A DNA stretch of 59,971 nt, counting the filler. It is 5 parts of 5 records of this genome, joined end to end, with 100 filler letters (N's around TTAATTAATTAA, not from the genome) between each part and the next. Parts side by side here need not be neighbours in the genome. Positions count along the whole stretch, not along the records: positions 1 to 22,621 come from DRR723986_5875; 4 more parts are not named here. One strand, written 5' to 3'. This document shows, piece by piece, positions 1 to 10,447 of this stretch. The notes beneath the pieces are model-generated. The model saw only the letters and a list, made by a program, of their open reading frames with translations, searched no databases and had not been told where the DNA came from. The first letter of the stretch is position 1; every line of letters begins with the position of its first letter. The position numbers were made by a program, and so were the translations under genes.

Positions 1-313
1 CCTTGATTTAATAACTGCGTTGCCCTGCTGGAACTGGCAAATTGGGCGTGCGGAACGCGGAATCCTGCTTACAATTTGTTTGTCAGCAGGATCGCTGAGG
101 TCATCGTCCAAGTTCGCTGGGGGCATGGCTGATTCACCTCGGCCGAACGCGACCGCCAATCGCGCCACGCTTGCGATTCCTAAAGTCCTTGCCTGGAAAG
201 CACTTAACGCCACGCACGCATTGCGTCACCGCGGTGCTTAGTCGCTCCATTCAGGCTACGAGCGTCCAACCGAACATTAGCTTTTTGTCCCTCAATACCG
301 CTAAGGTCCCACT

Positions 314-1738
314 ATGGCCCTCGAGCTGCCAATCGTTGATCCGTCAAAAAGCGTAGCGCCGGAGATTGCGGCACCAGAGAATGCACGCGGCAAGTACGCA
401 TTTGTGAGTCTCGGTTGCCCAAAAAATCTGGTCGATAGCGAACGGATGCTAGGGCTGTTGCGTGACGACGGCTTTGAGTTGGTTCAGGATGCCGAAGGCG
501 CGGACTTCGTCGTGATCAATACCTGCGGGTTTATTGACAACGCACGCAAGGAATCGTTGGAAGCCATTGACCAAATGCTGGACCTGAAAAAGCAGGGCAA
601 GGTCAAGGGAGTTATCGTCTCGGGGTGTCTAGCGGAACGCCAGAGAGACGACCTACTCAAGCTACGGCCCGAGATTGATTCGATGGCGGGCGTATTCGGC
701 CGCGATGACATCGTCGGCCTCGCTTCGGACTTGGTCGACGGCTTGAAGGAACAGAGGACGGTCTTCCGCCCCGCTCCAATTCGGGCGTTGGATGATACGG
801 ACCGGCTACGGATTACGCCAAAGCACTTTGCGTTCTTGAAGATTTCCGAAGGCTGTGATCGTCTATGCACTTTTTGCGCGATCCCGAAAATGCGAGGCAA
901 ACACGCCAGCAAGACTCATGAGAAGGTCATCGCCGAAGCGGAACAGCTAGCCGCATCGGGAGTACGCGAGTTGGTCATCGTTGCACAAGACACCACCTAC
1001 TACGGTCGCGACATCTACGGTGAATCCAAACTCACCGAACTGCTGCTGGATCTTGAGAAGGTTGAAGGGATCGATTGGATTCGACTCATGTACTTCTATC
1101 CGATGTACATCGATGACGAGTTGATCGACACTATTGCAACCAGCGAAAAGATCATCCCTTACATCGACATGCCCCTGCAGCACATTAATGGAGAGATGCT
1201 TCGGAGAATGGCTCGCAGAGTGACTCCCGAAGGCACGCGTGATATCGTCGCCAAGTTGCGAGACAGAATTGACTCACTTGTTCTGCGGACGACCTTCATT
1301 TGCGGTTTCCCCGGTGAAACAGACGCCCACTTTGAGGAGCTAGTCGACTTCGTCCGCGAAGCTCACTTTGAACGACTTGGCGTGTTCACCTATTCACTCG
1401 AACCAGACACACCAGCGGCGAAACTCAAGGGGCACCTGGACGAACAAGTAAAGAAGGAGCGACAAGCTCATTTGATGCAGGTGCAGCAAGAGATTGCATT
1501 TGATTGGGCCAAGCAGCAGGTTGGCCGTGGCATCGAGGTCATTGTCGATAAGCCGTTGGACGAAGCGAACAATGCTTGGATCGCCCGCTCACATGCCGAT
1601 GCTCCAGACGTTGATGCTCTGGTTTTCTTGACTGGTCAGCCAGGCGAGATCATCAAGCCAGGGCAAATCGTACCCGCTGAGATCGTTGGCACTAAGGAAT
1701 ACGACCTAGTGGCCGCAGCGGTCGGTCCTGGACGGTAG
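314..1738 (+). CDS. rimO: Ribosomal protein S12 methylthiotransferase RimO
   Basis: N-terminal [12 protein letters not shown] and INTCGFI (UPF0004), radical-SAM CDRLCTFC motif, C-terminal TRAM-like region ending EYDL; 474 aa. Confidence 0.95.
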   Translation: MALELPIVDPSKSVAPEIAAPENARGKYAFVSLGCPKNLVDSERMLGLLRDDGFELVQDAEGADFVVINTCGFIDNARKESLEAIDQMLDLKKQGKVKGVIVSGCLAERQRDDLLKLRPEIDSMAGVFGRDDIVGLASDLVDGLKEQRTVFRPAPIRALDDTDRLRITPKHFAFLKISEGCDRLCTFCAIPKMRGKHASKTHEKVIAEAEQLAASGVRELVIVAQDTTYYGRDIYGESKLTELLLDLEKVEGIDWIRLMYFYPMYIDDELIDTIATSEKIIPYIDMPLQHINGEMLRRMARRVTPEGTRDIVAKLRDRIDSLVLRTTFICGFPGETDAHFEELVDFVREAHFERLGVFTYSLEPDTPAAKLKGHLDEQVKKERQAHLMQVQQEIAFDWAKQQVGRGIEVIVDKPLDEANNAWIARSHADAPDVDALVFLTGQPGEIIKPGQIVPAEIVGTKEYDLVAAAVGPGR

Positions 1739-1778
1739 GGGCCAACCCCGAACGTCACAACCGCTGGCTGCGATGCAC

Positions 1779-2693
1779 CTAGTTTTCGTCCAGTTCTAGC
1801 CAGTCTGTCAAGTTGCGGTCTGGAACAGGAAGGCGCATCATCGGTGCAAATTCTTCAAACGTTTCGTCGGCTTCAGCGATCAACTTTTTCAGTGAAGAGA
1901 CGCTCGACGAACTGAGTTGTTTTAAGCCCTGCAAGAACTCATCACGTTCGCTCCACTGATCTGAATCGCAGCTTGGCAGCAGTGCACCAAGGGCAACACA
2001 CGCGGCGTCGCGAGCAGGCGGCGTCGAATTGATCAACTCATCGAGTTTCGCGTGGCGTTCGATCAGCACGGCAAATTCTTCGGGCAGACGCCAGTTGCGA
2101 ACCAGGGCCGCAGCGACTTCACCGTGATCCCAGCCGAACTCAATTTGCTCGAGTTGCGATAGCCGTAAGCCTTGATCGGCTCGTTTTTCGATCAATTCTT
2201 CGTAGTGATCGGGCAGCTCCTTCAGTAGCAGAGGAATTGCCATGTCTTGCAGCAGCGCAGCGGCGAATAGCTCTTCCGCATTGTCGAGCTTCAATTGACG
2301 TCCCAGGATGCGTGCAAAGACCGCACGTCGCAGCGAATCCTGCCAAAGCTTTTTGAGATCGAAGGGGCCGAATTTTGGGTCCGGCACCAAACTGAAAACT
2401 GCACTCCACAGGGCGAAGTTCTTAATTGTACGTACGCCCACAAGCGCCAGTGCTTGTCGAATACTGGCAATCTCGCGGGCGAAACCGAAGTAGCTGGAGT
2501 TTACAAATCGAAGAATCTGTCCCATCAGCCCAGCGTCAGCCTCAATCGGCTTGGCGAATTCCTGCGGGCCATTGCTGGCATCGTGCGACAACTCTAGGAG
2601 AGTAATAGCTGTCTGCGGAAGCGCGGGGATTTGGACGTTCGACAAGATGTGATCGATGTCGATCTTGGATTTGTCGGTAGCGGCTAATGGCAT
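1779..2693 (-). CDS. Stand-alone HDOD domain protein
   Basis: IPALP..., ILRFVNSSYFG, I..I.QALALVG, AALLQDMA, FGWDHGEV...W.LP are HDOD hallmarks; 304 aa with no other domain evident. Confidence 0.85.
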   Translation of the reverse strand: MPLAATDKSKIDIDHILSNVQIPALPQTAITLLELSHDASNGPQEFAKPIEADAGLMGQILRFVNSSYFGFAREIASIRQALALVGVRTIKNFALWSAVFSLVPDPKFGPFDLKKLWQDSLRRAVFARILGRQLKLDNAEELFAAALLQDMAIPLLLKELPDHYEELIEKRADQGLRLSQLEQIEFGWDHGEVAAALVRNWRLPEEFAVLIERHAKLDELINSTPPARDAACVALGALLPSCDSDQWSERDEFLQGLKQLSSSSVSSLKKLIAEADETFEEFAPMMRLPVPDRNLTDWLELDEN

Positions 2694-3242
2694 TGCTTAC
2701 TCCAGGTTCGGTTGGCTAAACACAGGCTGGGAATCGATCGGACAATCGTATTTGGGGGCAAACCCATTACTTCGCTTCGGCGCGTTCCGGGAAGCAGTCC
2801 GCACATTCGGTGACGGCTGAAAACTGAAGCGCCTATGTTCATTTCGAAACGTAGTTCACTCCCGGCGAGCAAGCAAACACACCACCACCGACTTGACGGT
2901 CCCCCGCCCCGGTCCCCTCGCTTCGCAACCTCACAATCAGAAGAATCGTTACAACGCAAAGCTTTAATTTCGGAGCGCCGACTCTAAACGGGCTATGAGC
3001 CTCGGACTGCGTTGTAGTGCTGAATCGGCCCAGGGCTTGCGAAAGTTCTTTTGACGCGGTGTGCGATCTCGAATAAGCGCGCAATAGACTGCATGAAACT
3101 GATCGCGATCTCACCGCTTTGGTTAAGGCTTCGGAGGTAAGCCGTGCGTTCGTCGTTGGTGGGGCGTGGACCTGCGGCGACAGAGCCGGTCTAGGTTGGA
3201 AGCCAGTCTTGTTGGGAAGACCGGAGCAAAGTCGCTTTTTCG

Positions 3243-3272
3243 TTGACATTTGCAGCACACAACAGTCAAGAT
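3243..3272 (+). promoter_or_regulatory. Possible sigma-70-type promoter upstream of pilB
   Basis: TTGACA at 3243-3248, then CAAGAT after an 18-nt spacer; also forms a TTGAC-N17-GTCAA inverted repeat in the divergent HDOD/pilB gap. Confidence 0.3.
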
Positions 3273-3434
3273 GTTGGTGTAGAATTGCGTTGGCAACACA
3301 TTATTTCTATGCTGCGTACAGCGCGAAATGCTGTCGAAGCAACAATGGCTCGTCGCTGACAATGCAAACCAACTCGGCGGAAGGTGGCTTTCGCCGAAAA
3401 GTACGGTTGCTTTTCTCCTCTCAGGAAACTCATC

Positions 3435-5204
3435 ATGAATCAACCCATGCGCGACTTCACGGACCTGCTGCTGCGCGACGGAGTTGTTAGCCTCGACCAA
3501 TTGAGCGAAGCGACCAATGTTGCTCGTGATACCGATGTTCCTATCGCTGAAGCACTTGTGAGCCTCTCGTATGCGGAACCGGCAGCCGTCTACCAGGCAA
3601 TGGCCAAATTCCACAAGCTGACTTATATCAACTTGGAAGAGGTCAAGATTGCAGACGAAGTTATCCAGTTGGTGCCGGAGTCGGTCGCCCGTGAAAACAG
3701 CATCATTCCTTACAAGGATGAGGATGGAGCGCTGCATGTTTTGGTCAGCGATCCGTTTGACCTAGAGACGATTGAGAAGCTCCGATTTATCTTGAATCGC
3801 AAGATTGAGACGGCACTTTCGCCCCGCGAAGCGATTCAGGAAGCGATCAACCGCTACTACGGGCAGGTCGAAGGGGAGTCGGCTGACTCGATTCTCCAGG
3901 AGTTCACCGATACTCAGATCGACTTCACCGAAACGGCTGAAGACGGAATGGGAGGGGATGCAAGCGACGAGGACGAAGCCAGTGCCCCGATCGTCCGGCT
4001 GGTCAACATGATGATTCAGGAAGCGGTCCAGTTGCGTGCTTCTGACATCCATGTTGAGCCGTTTGAGGATCGCGTTCGGATTCGATATCGCATTGACGGC
4101 ATTTTGGTCGAGCGGGATAGTCCGCCGCGGCGATTGCTGGGGGCCATTCAGTCGCGTATCAAGATTTTGGCGAACATGGACATCGCTGAGCGGCGACGGC
4201 CACAGGATGGTCGGATCAAGATTACCGTCGGTGAGAAGGAATTGGATCTGCGCGTCAGTGTGATTCCCACCAACCACGGCCAATCGACGGTCATGCGGCT
4301 CCTTGATAAAGACAATATCAAGGTGGGTATCAGGCAGCTCGGATTGGGGGATCGGGATTTCAAGATCTTTACCCAGACGATCAAGCGGCCCAATGGAATT
4401 ATGCTTGTCACCGGCCCGACAGGTTCGGGCAAAACGACGACGCTCTACGCGGCGTTGAACGCGATGAATCGTCCTGACAAGAAGATTATCACCGCCGAAG
4501 ATCCGGTGGAGTACTATCTGCCGGGCATCAACCAGGTCGAAGTTCGGCACAACATCGGACTCGATTTTGCCCGCATTATCCGCTCAATGCTACGGCAAGC
4601 CCCGAACATTATTCTGGTGGGTGAGATGCGGGATACGGAGACCGCATCGATGGGTATCCAGGCTTCTTTGACTGGACACCTTGTTTTTAGTACACTACAC
4701 ACGAACGATGCGCCCAGTGCTGTTACACGCATGACGGACATGGGCGTACCCGGCTATCTGGTGGCAAGTTCGGTTGTGGCGGTCCTAGGGCAGCGTCTGG
4801 TTCGAACGATTTGCAAGCGTTGCAAGACGCAAGTGAAAATGAGCGAATCGCAACTGAGCGAAGCTGGTATCCCGGCGGATATTGCCGAGAAAGCCACCTT
4901 TGTGAAAGGTAAGGGTTGCGGCTACTGCCAGAAGTCAGGCTATCGCGGACGCATGGGAATCTACGAATTGATGGTGGTTTCCGCCAAGATTCGCGAAATG
5001 ATGTTTGCTGGCAAGTCAACAATTCAAATCACCGAGCAGGCAATTAAGGAGGGAATGACCACCCTTTACTGTGACGGGATTCGCAAGGCGATGAAGGGAC
5101 TGACCACAATTGAGGAGGTCTACCGAGTTGCCAAGCACACCGAGCAAGACGAACACGCACTGAAGATTGTCTTCAACGAGCTACTCAGCAAGGAGCCTTC
5201 GTAG
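3435..5204 (+). CDS. pilB: Type IV pilus/T2SS assembly ATPase, PilB/GspE family (copy 1)
   Basis: ASDIHVEP, RRPQDGRI, Walker A GPTGSGKTT, EDPVEY, LRQAPNIILVGEMRD, STLHTND, Zn cysteines CKRC/CGYC; ATG 3435 chosen because AGGA lies upstream (ORF track starts at 3384). Confidence 0.92.
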   Translation: MNQPMRDFTDLLLRDGVVSLDQLSEATNVARDTDVPIAEALVSLSYAEPAAVYQAMAKFHKLTYINLEEVKIADEVIQLVPESVARENSIIPYKDEDGALHVLVSDPFDLETIEKLRFILNRKIETALSPREAIQEAINRYYGQVEGESADSILQEFTDTQIDFTETAEDGMGGDASDEDEASAPIVRLVNMMIQEAVQLRASDIHVEPFEDRVRIRYRIDGILVERDSPPRRLLGAIQSRIKILANMDIAERRRPQDGRIKITVGEKELDLRVSVIPTNHGQSTVMRLLDKDNIKVGIRQLGLGDRDFKIFTQTIKRPNGIMLVTGPTGSGKTTTLYAALNAMNRPDKKIITAEDPVEYYLPGINQVEVRHNIGLDFARIIRSMLRQAPNIILVGEMRDTETASMGIQASLTGHLVFSTLHTNDAPSAVTRMTDMGVPGYLVASSVVAVLGQRLVRTICKRCKTQVKMSESQLSEAGIPADIAEKATFVKGKGCGYCQKSGYRGRMGIYELMVVSAKIREMMFAGKSTIQITEQAIKEGMTTLYCDGIRKAMKGLTTIEEVYRVAKHTEQDEHALKIVFNELLSKEPS

Positions 5205-5588
5205 CCCCTCTGTGGAGTGGGTCTGGCGGCAGTCCGTCACAGGTGATTTTGGACTTTGATAGCATCGGTTGATTACAATGCGAACAGCTTGTAGCGGGAG
5301 ACATTGAATCGTTACTCGTTGCAAGCGGCCACTTATCGCTCACTGTTTACTTGGTACGTAGATGCTGAACGAAGATTTCTTCGGGCAGTCGGCGACCAAG
5401 CCTTTTCAAAATTAGCTTTTCAAATTTACTCACAACGGAAGTGGGGTCAGGCTATCGAATGGACTTCGGCATTCAATGCCCGAGGCTGGCCTGAGACGCA
5501 AGTTGTGAGCTTTGTGCACAAATAAACGACAGTCGAGCTAACGCGTGGCTTCGATTGCTCACCATACAATCCTTGGAATGGATCTTCC

Positions 5589-6692
5589 ATGGCAACGGTT
5601 TTAATTGACAAGCTCCTGCAGGCTGCAGTGAAGCAAGGCGCTAGCGATATTCACATTGTCGTTGGCCAGCCGCCCGTTTTCCGCCTGCATGGTCGGATGC
5701 GGAAGCTGGAAACAAAGGTGCTTGAGGCCGATGATGCGATGGCTCTGATGAAGAGTATTTCGCCGGATCGTTGCCAACGAGAGCTCCAAGAGAATGGATC
5801 ATCCGACTTTGGCTTTGCCTTTGGAGATCAGGCTCGATTTCGGGTCTCGATTTTCAAGCAGCGCGGCTTCGTGTCGATGGTGCTACGGCAAATTCCAAAC
5901 GACAAATTGACCCCTGAGCAACTTGGGCTCGCACAATCGGTCGTCGATATGGTCCAGCGACCACGTGGTCTGGTGCTGGTTACCGGCCCAACTGGGTCGG
6001 GTAAGAGTACAACTTTGGCCAGCTTGATCAACTTCCTCAATGAGGAGCATGATCACCACATCATCACGATTGAAGATCCGATCGAGTTCTACCACGATCA
6101 CAAGAAATCGACGATCAATCAGCGTGAAGTCGGCGTGGATGTTCCAAGCTTCTCTGAGGCGATTAAGCGTGCACTTAGGCAGGATCCCGATGTGATCCTG
6201 GTTGGTGAGCTGCGTGACTTGGACACTATTTCGGCGGCGATTTCCGCGGCTGAAACCGGTCACGTTGTTTTCGGTACGCTCCACACAAACAGCGCTCAGG
6301 GAACGGTCAACCGGATTATTGACGCGTTTCCAGGGAACTTGCAGGACCAAATTAGAACTCAATTGAGTACCTCGCTCATCGGCGTTGTCGCTCAAACACT
6401 GCTTCCACGAATCGGCGGTGGTCGAGTGGCGGCTTACGAGGTCCTGGTGGTAACGCCCGGTATCGCCAACCTGATTCGTGAAAACAAGACGTTCCGTATC
6501 AACTCCGCCATTCAAACCGGAGCGAAGTTCGGGATGAATTTGATGGATGATGCACTGTTCGATCTGTGGCGTAATGGCATTTGCCAAGTTGAAGACGTAC
6601 TGTCCAAATCGCACCGCCCTGATGACCTAGCCCGGCGAATTGTCAACGCCAAGCGAGGCATCGAGGAAGACGGTGAGGATGACGACGATTGA
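5589..6692 (+). CDS. pilT: Type IV pilus retraction ATPase PilT
   Basis: GASDIHI, GPTGSGKST, TIEDPIEF, LRQDPDVILVGELRD, GTLHT, AIRNLIRE-like GIANLIRE; 367 aa with no N-terminal PilB domain. Confidence 0.95.
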   Translation: MATVLIDKLLQAAVKQGASDIHIVVGQPPVFRLHGRMRKLETKVLEADDAMALMKSISPDRCQRELQENGSSDFGFAFGDQARFRVSIFKQRGFVSMVLRQIPNDKLTPEQLGLAQSVVDMVQRPRGLVLVTGPTGSGKSTTLASLINFLNEEHDHHIITIEDPIEFYHDHKKSTINQREVGVDVPSFSEAIKRALRQDPDVILVGELRDLDTISAAISAAETGHVVFGTLHTNSAQGTVNRIIDAFPGNLQDQIRTQLSTSLIGVVAQTLLPRIGGGRVAAYEVLVVTPGIANLIRENKTFRINSAIQTGAKFGMNLMDDALFDLWRNGICQVEDVLSKSHRPDDLARRIVNAKRGIEEDGEDDDD

Positions 6693-6762
6693 TTTCGTGA
6701 GCAGGGCCGCAGCAGAACACTGACTTACAACGCAGGTTACTCACCCACTGGTTAGGTGAACA

Positions 6763-8475
6763 ATGGTAGTTCGTAGAATTGGTCAAATCCTTGTCGACTT
6801 AGGCTTCATCACTGATGAACAGCTTGAGGTCGTGCTTGAGGAACAGCAACAGCGCCCCGGTGCACTACTGGGTAAGATCGCTGAAGATATGGGCCTGATC
6901 ACGGACGAACAGCTCTGTCAGGCTTTGGCCGAACAATTGAACATGCAAACCGTTCAATTGTCCGAAGTTCAATTGCCGCCCGACTTGATCGACCGAATCA
7001 ACGAGCAAATGGCTCAGATGTATCGCATCATTCCGGTACAGTTCGACGGAAATGTGCTGACAGTTGCCTCGTGCGATCCGCAGAATCTTTCCGTGCAGGA
7101 CGAACTGCGCACGTTTCTCGGGCACGAGATACGTATGGTTGTCGCTACCGAGCGAGATATTCAGGCTGGCATCGAGAAGTTTTATTCGTCGGACGTTGAT
7201 ACCGTCGAACGCATTATCGACGAGTTGAATGACAACGAAGAGTTGTTTCAGCAGGCCAATGCGATCGACGATGACAAGTTCAATCTGACTGACGCAGAAG
7301 CGCTCGCCGATAGCGTGCCGGTGCGAAAGCTACTGAACATGGTGATGCTCCTGGCGATTAAGGATCACGCCAGCGATATTCACTTTGAACCATTTGAAGA
7401 TGAATTTCGCATTCGGATTAAGGCCGAGGGTGTGCTGTACGAGATGGTGCCGCCGCCCCGTCACTTGGCTTTCGCGATTACGACTCGAATCAAAGTAATG
7501 GCCAACTTGGACATCGCCGAACGACGGCTGCCCCAGGATGGTCGAATTGAGCTGATGATTGGTGGCCACCCGGTGGATTTGCGTGTTAGTGTGATGCCGA
7601 CTATGTTCGGCGAAAGCACTGTAATGCGGATTCTTGACCGATCCGTGGTATCGCTTTCCCTGGACAACGTCGGAATGGACGAGGATACCCTCAGCCTGTT
7701 CCGCAAAACGATCGATCGGCCGAACGGTATTGTTCTCGTTACGGGACCTACTGGTTCAGGCAAGACGACGACGCTTTATTCGGCGCTTAGCGAGCTGAAT
7801 CACATCAAAGACAAGTTGATTACCACCGAGGATCCGGTTGAATATGACATCGACGGGATTGTACAGATTCCGATCGATCATGACATCGGTGTAACCTTCG
7901 CATCCTGTTTGCGGGCCATTTTGCGGCAGGACCCCGATACGATTTTGGTCGGTGAGATTCGGGATATCGAGACGGCCGAAATCGCCGTTCAGGCATCTCT
8001 GACCGGTCACTTGGTGTTTAGCACCTTGCACACAAATGATGCCCCGAGCACGGTTACTCGGATGAAGGACATGGGGATTCCCACGTTCTTGATTACTGCT
8101 TGCGTCGAAGCCATTCTAGCTCAACGGCTTGTTCGTCGAGTTTGTGCGGCATGCCGAGAAGAAACGACCGTCAGTGAAGAGATTCTGATGGACCTTGGTA
8201 TTGATGCTGAGGCGGTGAAGGACAAGAAGTTTTACCGCGGCAAGGGCTGCGATAAATGCAATAACACTGGATACAAAGGTCGGATTGGATTGTTCGAGCT
8301 TATGATTCTCAACGATGATCTTCGTGAGATGATTATGGCCAACGCCACCTCCGATGAATTGCGTGACAAAGCGGAGTATTACGGTATGACACCGCTTCGC
8401 AAGTACGGAATCAATTACGTCTTCGAAGGTCTCACGACGGCTGACGAAGTGTTGCGGGAAACGATTGCGGATTAG
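6763..8475 (+). CDS. pilB: Type IV pilus assembly ATPase PilB/GspE family (copy 2) with N-terminal MshEN motif
   Basis: RIGQILVDLGFITDEQLEVVLEEQ tandem MshEN-type motif, GPTGSGKTT, LRQDPDTILVGEIRD, CAAC/CDKC. Confidence 0.93.
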   Translation: MVVRRIGQILVDLGFITDEQLEVVLEEQQQRPGALLGKIAEDMGLITDEQLCQALAEQLNMQTVQLSEVQLPPDLIDRINEQMAQMYRIIPVQFDGNVLTVASCDPQNLSVQDELRTFLGHEIRMVVATERDIQAGIEKFYSSDVDTVERIIDELNDNEELFQQANAIDDDKFNLTDAEALADSVPVRKLLNMVMLLAIKDHASDIHFEPFEDEFRIRIKAEGVLYEMVPPPRHLAFAITTRIKVMANLDIAERRLPQDGRIELMIGGHPVDLRVSVMPTMFGESTVMRILDRSVVSLSLDNVGMDEDTLSLFRKTIDRPNGIVLVTGPTGSGKTTTLYSALSELNHIKDKLITTEDPVEYDIDGIVQIPIDHDIGVTFASCLRAILRQDPDTILVGEIRDIETAEIAVQASLTGHLVFSTLHTNDAPSTVTRMKDMGIPTFLITACVEAILAQRLVRRVCAACREETTVSEEILMDLGIDAEAVKDKKFYRGKGCDKCNNTGYKGRIGLFELMILNDDLREMIMANATSDELRDKAEYYGMTPLRKYGINYVFEGLTTADEVLRETIAD

Positions 8476-8841
8476 TGCCGATAAGAGTTTCGAAGCGCGA
8501 CAGACACACAAAATACATACTACGAAACTTTGCTTGAGGTTGTCTTTCTGGGGAGAAGGCAGCTTGTCAGGTGCAGGGAAACGAATTCACGAAAAGAAAG
8601 TGCGTTCGGTTCTCGGCGAAGTTTCGCAACTGCGAGTTAGATGCGTTCACTTGAGCGAACTTAATCGCAGACAAAACGCTGCATCGCCCCTATGTTGGGA
8701 CGTGTGGCGAGCACCACCAGCGGAGAGCCTTTCCGTTTGACGGCGGTTATCCGATGCGATTCTTGTGGCGGCCCGGCCGCAGGCATCGTGCAGTGAAACG
8801 AAACATTTACCCCACCGGCCTTAATTAACGAGGATGTAACC

Positions 8842-10272
8842 ATGCCGACTTTTCAGTTCGAGGCAATGGACGCAACCGGCCAAGAAATCAAAGATATTAT
8901 CGAGGCAGCCACCGAAGAAGAGGCGCAGACCACTATTCGGCAAATGGGCTACTTCGTAACGAAGATTCAGGTCAAAAAGGGTACCGCGAAAGCGGCCGCT
9001 GGCCAGAAGCGAAAGCGTCCATTTGCCCTCGGTGGGGCGAAAACAAAACACATCTGTGCGTTCACTCGGCAGCTATCCATTCTGCAAGACGCCGGCCTGC
9101 CGATTCTCCGGTCGCTGAAGATTTTGGAGAACAATACCAAGCCTGGAAAGCTCAAGAATGCGTTGATGGACGTTTGCGACGAAATTGAAACCGGTTCGAC
9201 GCTCTCGGAAGCGATGAGCAAATGCCCGAAGGTGTTCAATCGACTTTACGTGAACATGATTAAGGCCGGTGAGGCCGGTGGTGCACTTGAGACAATTCTT
9301 CAGCGTCTGGCTGACTTCCTCGAAAGTGCTGAAGCACTGAAACGTAAAGTAAAAGGTGCGTTGATCTACCCGATCGCCGTTGTCGTGATCGCCGGTTTGA
9401 TCCTTGCATTGATCATGGCGTTCATCGTGCCAACGTTTAAAGAGATGTTTGAAGAGTTTGAGCTGGAGCTGCCTCCGCCGACGCAGCTTTTGATCGCCAT
9501 GAGCGATTACATCACCTCGTATTGGTTCTTGATGCTGCTGATTCCATTCTGTTATTGGCTGTTGATGAAACTGATACGCAAATTCCGGCACGGGCGAATG
9601 GGCTACGACATGTATATGTTGAAGCTACCGGTGTTTGGGAATTTGATTGAGAAGAACATTTTGGCTCGAACAACCCGAACACTTGGAACGCTTGTTTCGT
9701 CCGGTGTGCCAATTCTCGAGGCGCTCAACATTACTCGGGAGACTGCTGGAAACGCTCTGTTTGAGCGGATCTTTAACAAGGTTTCTGAGGCGATTCGCGA
9801 GGGGGAAGTGATTAGTAAGCCACTTCGCGATCACTCGACACCTGGATTCCACCCGCTGGCTGCGTTCTTCTGGATGCTACTGGGCACGTTCCCTGGCGTT
9901 ATGATCCTTTCGGTTGCCCTAACGGCCGCACGGGGATCGGACGACAATTCGATGGAGTCGTTGTTGTTCATTGGCGGCATCACGACTGCACTAGGGGCAG
10001 TTCTTTGTGTTCTTTTTTACCTGATGAAAATGAAGTCGCGGGTCATCGACGAACTCGTGGTCAACATGGTTGACGTTGGTGAAGAGACCGGTGAACTGGA
10101 TACGATGCTTTACAAAGTCGCAGATACCTACGACGACGAAGTCAACGTGATGACCGAGGGCCTAACGCGACTGATCGAACCACTGCTGATTTGTTTCCTT
10201 GGTGGTGCGGTCGGCTTTATCGTGATTTCGCTCTTCATGCCGTTGGTGAAGATGATTACGTCGCTTGCTTAG
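8842..10272 (+). CDS. pilC: Type IV pilus/T2SS inner-membrane platform protein, PilC/GspF family
   Basis: MPTFQFEAMD, FTRQLSILQDAGLPILRSL, NMIKAGEAGGALE, MVDVGEETGELD, LIEPLLI; 476 aa with an internal hydrophobic insertion. Confidence 0.93.
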   Translation: MPTFQFEAMDATGQEIKDIIEAATEEEAQTTIRQMGYFVTKIQVKKGTAKAAAGQKRKRPFALGGAKTKHICAFTRQLSILQDAGLPILRSLKILENNTKPGKLKNALMDVCDEIETGSTLSEAMSKCPKVFNRLYVNMIKAGEAGGALETILQRLADFLESAEALKRKVKGALIYPIAVVVIAGLILALIMAFIVPTFKEMFEEFELELPPPTQLLIAMSDYITSYWFLMLLIPFCYWLLMKLIRKFRHGRMGYDMYMLKLPVFGNLIEKNILARTTRTLGTLVSSGVPILEALNITRETAGNALFERIFNKVSEAIREGEVISKPLRDHSTPGFHPLAAFFWMLLGTFPGVMILSVALTAARGSDDNSMESLLFIGGITTALGAVLCVLFYLMKMKSRVIDELVVNMVDVGEETGELDTMLYKVADTYDDEVNVMTEGLTRLIEPLLICFLGGAVGFIVISLFMPLVKMITSLA

Positions 10273-10447
10273 TGCATTCAGGTGATTCCAGGGGCCGTTG
10301 CCGTCAGTTGTGAGGGCCTCCGGGTGAACGAATCAGTTTAGCGCCAAACAATAACTCAACAATCAAAACACATTCCTGCAACACGGGGAGAACGCGAGCT
10401 GGAGAGGCGGCGAGCGTCGAGTTGCGAATAACTTCGGAGGAAGAATT

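Noticed and set aside
2694-3434. Possible c-di-GMP-I riboswitch (GGCAAAC at ~2757, ACGCAAAGC at ~2954)
   Set aside because: Fragments are far apart and lack the GAAA tetraloop/receptor P2-P3 arrangement
8821-8828. TTAATTAA resembling the contig linker
   Set aside because: Only 8 nt, no flanking Ns, and it sits just before the pilC RBS; natural sequence
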